Assembly: GCA_002633005.1 (NCBI GenBank)
Contig: NMRA01000022.1
Location: 1-64,000 of the forward strand
DNA: 64,000 bases
Origin: Phoronis australis
Lineage: Eukaryota; Animalia; Phoronida
Reading direction: 5' to 3'
A model generated the notes under the pieces. It worked only from the letters and a program-made list of their open reading frames with translations. It did no database searches and had not been told where the DNA came from. This document shows, piece after piece, positions 62,700 to 64,000 of this stretch (the stretch's first letter is position 1; every line of letters starts with the position of its first letter). Both the position numbers and the translations under genes were made by a program.

Positions 62700-62859
62700 C
62701 TGTCGTAACCAGACGTTGCCCAAGCTCATGGCGACCTCTTTAGGCAAAAGTTTGACCACAAGTCTTTTCAGCTGTGACATCACATTTTCCCTCGCTGACA
62801 AAGAGTTGGCAAGTATGGCGTCGAAATCCACTCCAGGCAATGTCATCTCCACATACAGT
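62700..62859 (-). CDS. Host gene, module 1 exon D (LYVEMTLPGVDFDAILANS...LGNVWLRQ)
   Basis: cttcctttcAG / GTAATA; 160 nt, phase 2-0. Confidence 0.9.
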
Positions 62860-63379
62860 CTGAAAGGAAGATAAAAGAATATTTACAAATATCCATTAGT
62901 TGTTTGAATTTTACATTCAACAATCATTCAAAAATGGCTGGGATTTTACTCACTGCCACAACATTCTTAAAATTAGAACAGCAAATTGTTTAGTTTTACG
63001 AGTTTAACTTCATTCCACAATATTGACTTTCTTAATCCAAATAGATTACGTAGGTACTAAAACACTTACAAAGCCCGTGTCATTCCAATTTGCACGTCTC
63101 CGTACAATAGCAATTAATGCACACATTAGAGGCACGTCTCATTCCACAGGACAGATAACAACAGAATCCACTACAGCTCATAAATTTTACTTCTTCCTGC
63201 TATATTAACAATGAATTTACTTGACATAGAATCCTTTAATAGGCTCATAATTCCCCTACCTAATGGTGAAACACAAAAAAATCTTAGAATATTTCCATTC
63301 AACTAGTGCATTTCCTAGTTCCAAGCTGAGATTATCGGCGTAGAACTGGCTTCAACAACAGTTGCTTAGCACAACTCAC

Positions 63380-63540
63380 TCAGTGTATTCTTCCCTTTTA
63401 GCAGCTCTAAACATGGCAGGTGCCTTGTTTGGTCCAACAAGAAACTTCGAACCCCAACGTGTCTTTTGATCAATAGTAGCCACAGAAACATTTAGATTGG
63501 GCCCCCGCACCTCTTCAAGAATAATGACCGTCACGGTATC
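63380..63540 (-). CDS. Host gene, module 1 exon C (DTVTVIILEEVRGPNL...KREEYTE)
   Basis: attgtAG / GTGAGT; 161 nt, phase 0-2. Confidence 0.9.
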
Positions 63541-63716
63541 CTACAATATCATAACAAATATGTACAGACATGAAAATCAAAAAGTCACACGTTCACTTCT
63601 GTAAAAAAATCCGCAGTTTTTGTCATGATGACCCTGAAGACTATTCGTGAATTCCAAAGTGACAGACACATTCACATTGCAGGTACACCTAAAACTATTC
63701 CTTAAATTTCACACAC

Positions 63717-63867
63717 CTGTGCTGTGATCCGCGGTTCTACCATTTCTTGGCTCAGCCCAGGTACGAGGTTAACGAGTTTCACACGGAGGCTGGTAACTAG
63801 CTCCTCTCTCTCCACAGGGGTAAGTAGTGAAAGATCAGCGCATGGGAAGAAAATTGTAACGTTTGTG
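63717..63867 (-). CDS. Host gene, module 1 exon B (TNVTIFFPCADLSLLTP...PRITAQ); gene begins beyond window end
   Basis: ttttgtctttcAG / GTGTGT; 151 nt, phase 2-0. FFPCAD is shared with 10575-10725. Confidence 0.9.
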
Positions 63868-64000
63868 CTGAAAGACAAAACTTGTTTAGATTATCTTTTG
63901 CTTACTTGCCATACCACCACGTGGTTGTACATGTCAAACATAGTTAAAGCCATGAAACATTGGAGGCTTATTTAATGAAAGTAGCTTAAGATTAAAGTCA

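Overview
Low-GC, intron-rich, repeat-rich animal genomic DNA. The repeat types suggest a marine invertebrate (inference; taxon not determinable). Most ORF-track entries are noise. Reading splice sites by hand gives one large minus-strand gene spanning the whole window (about 14 exons, both ends outside). It encodes at least three tandem copies of a ~255-aa five-exon module: a six-Cys knot plus two SEA/ferredoxin-like domains, with exon phases conserved between copies. Its two largest introns (27.2 kb, 34101-61265; 17.3 kb, 10726-28002) each hold a plus-strand nested gene. The first is a complete 368-aa gene (54028-54561 + 57886-58458) pairing a TBP/RNase-HIII-N-like domain with a phospholipase-D-superfamily domain whose catalytic H, K and N are all replaced. 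The second is a partial, acidic, probably membrane-anchored gene (four phase-1 exons, 14270-23025) whose stop codon comes from an inserted MITE. The introns also carry Helentron-like (HINE), hAT-, Harbinger- and Kolobok-type non-autonomous elements, two THAP remnants, a Tx1/L1 fragment and a tRNA-derived SINE. Single-N gaps lie at 884, 8914, 42304 and 57215; two are flanked by duplications that may be assembly artefacts. All domain calls are by eye; no searches were run.
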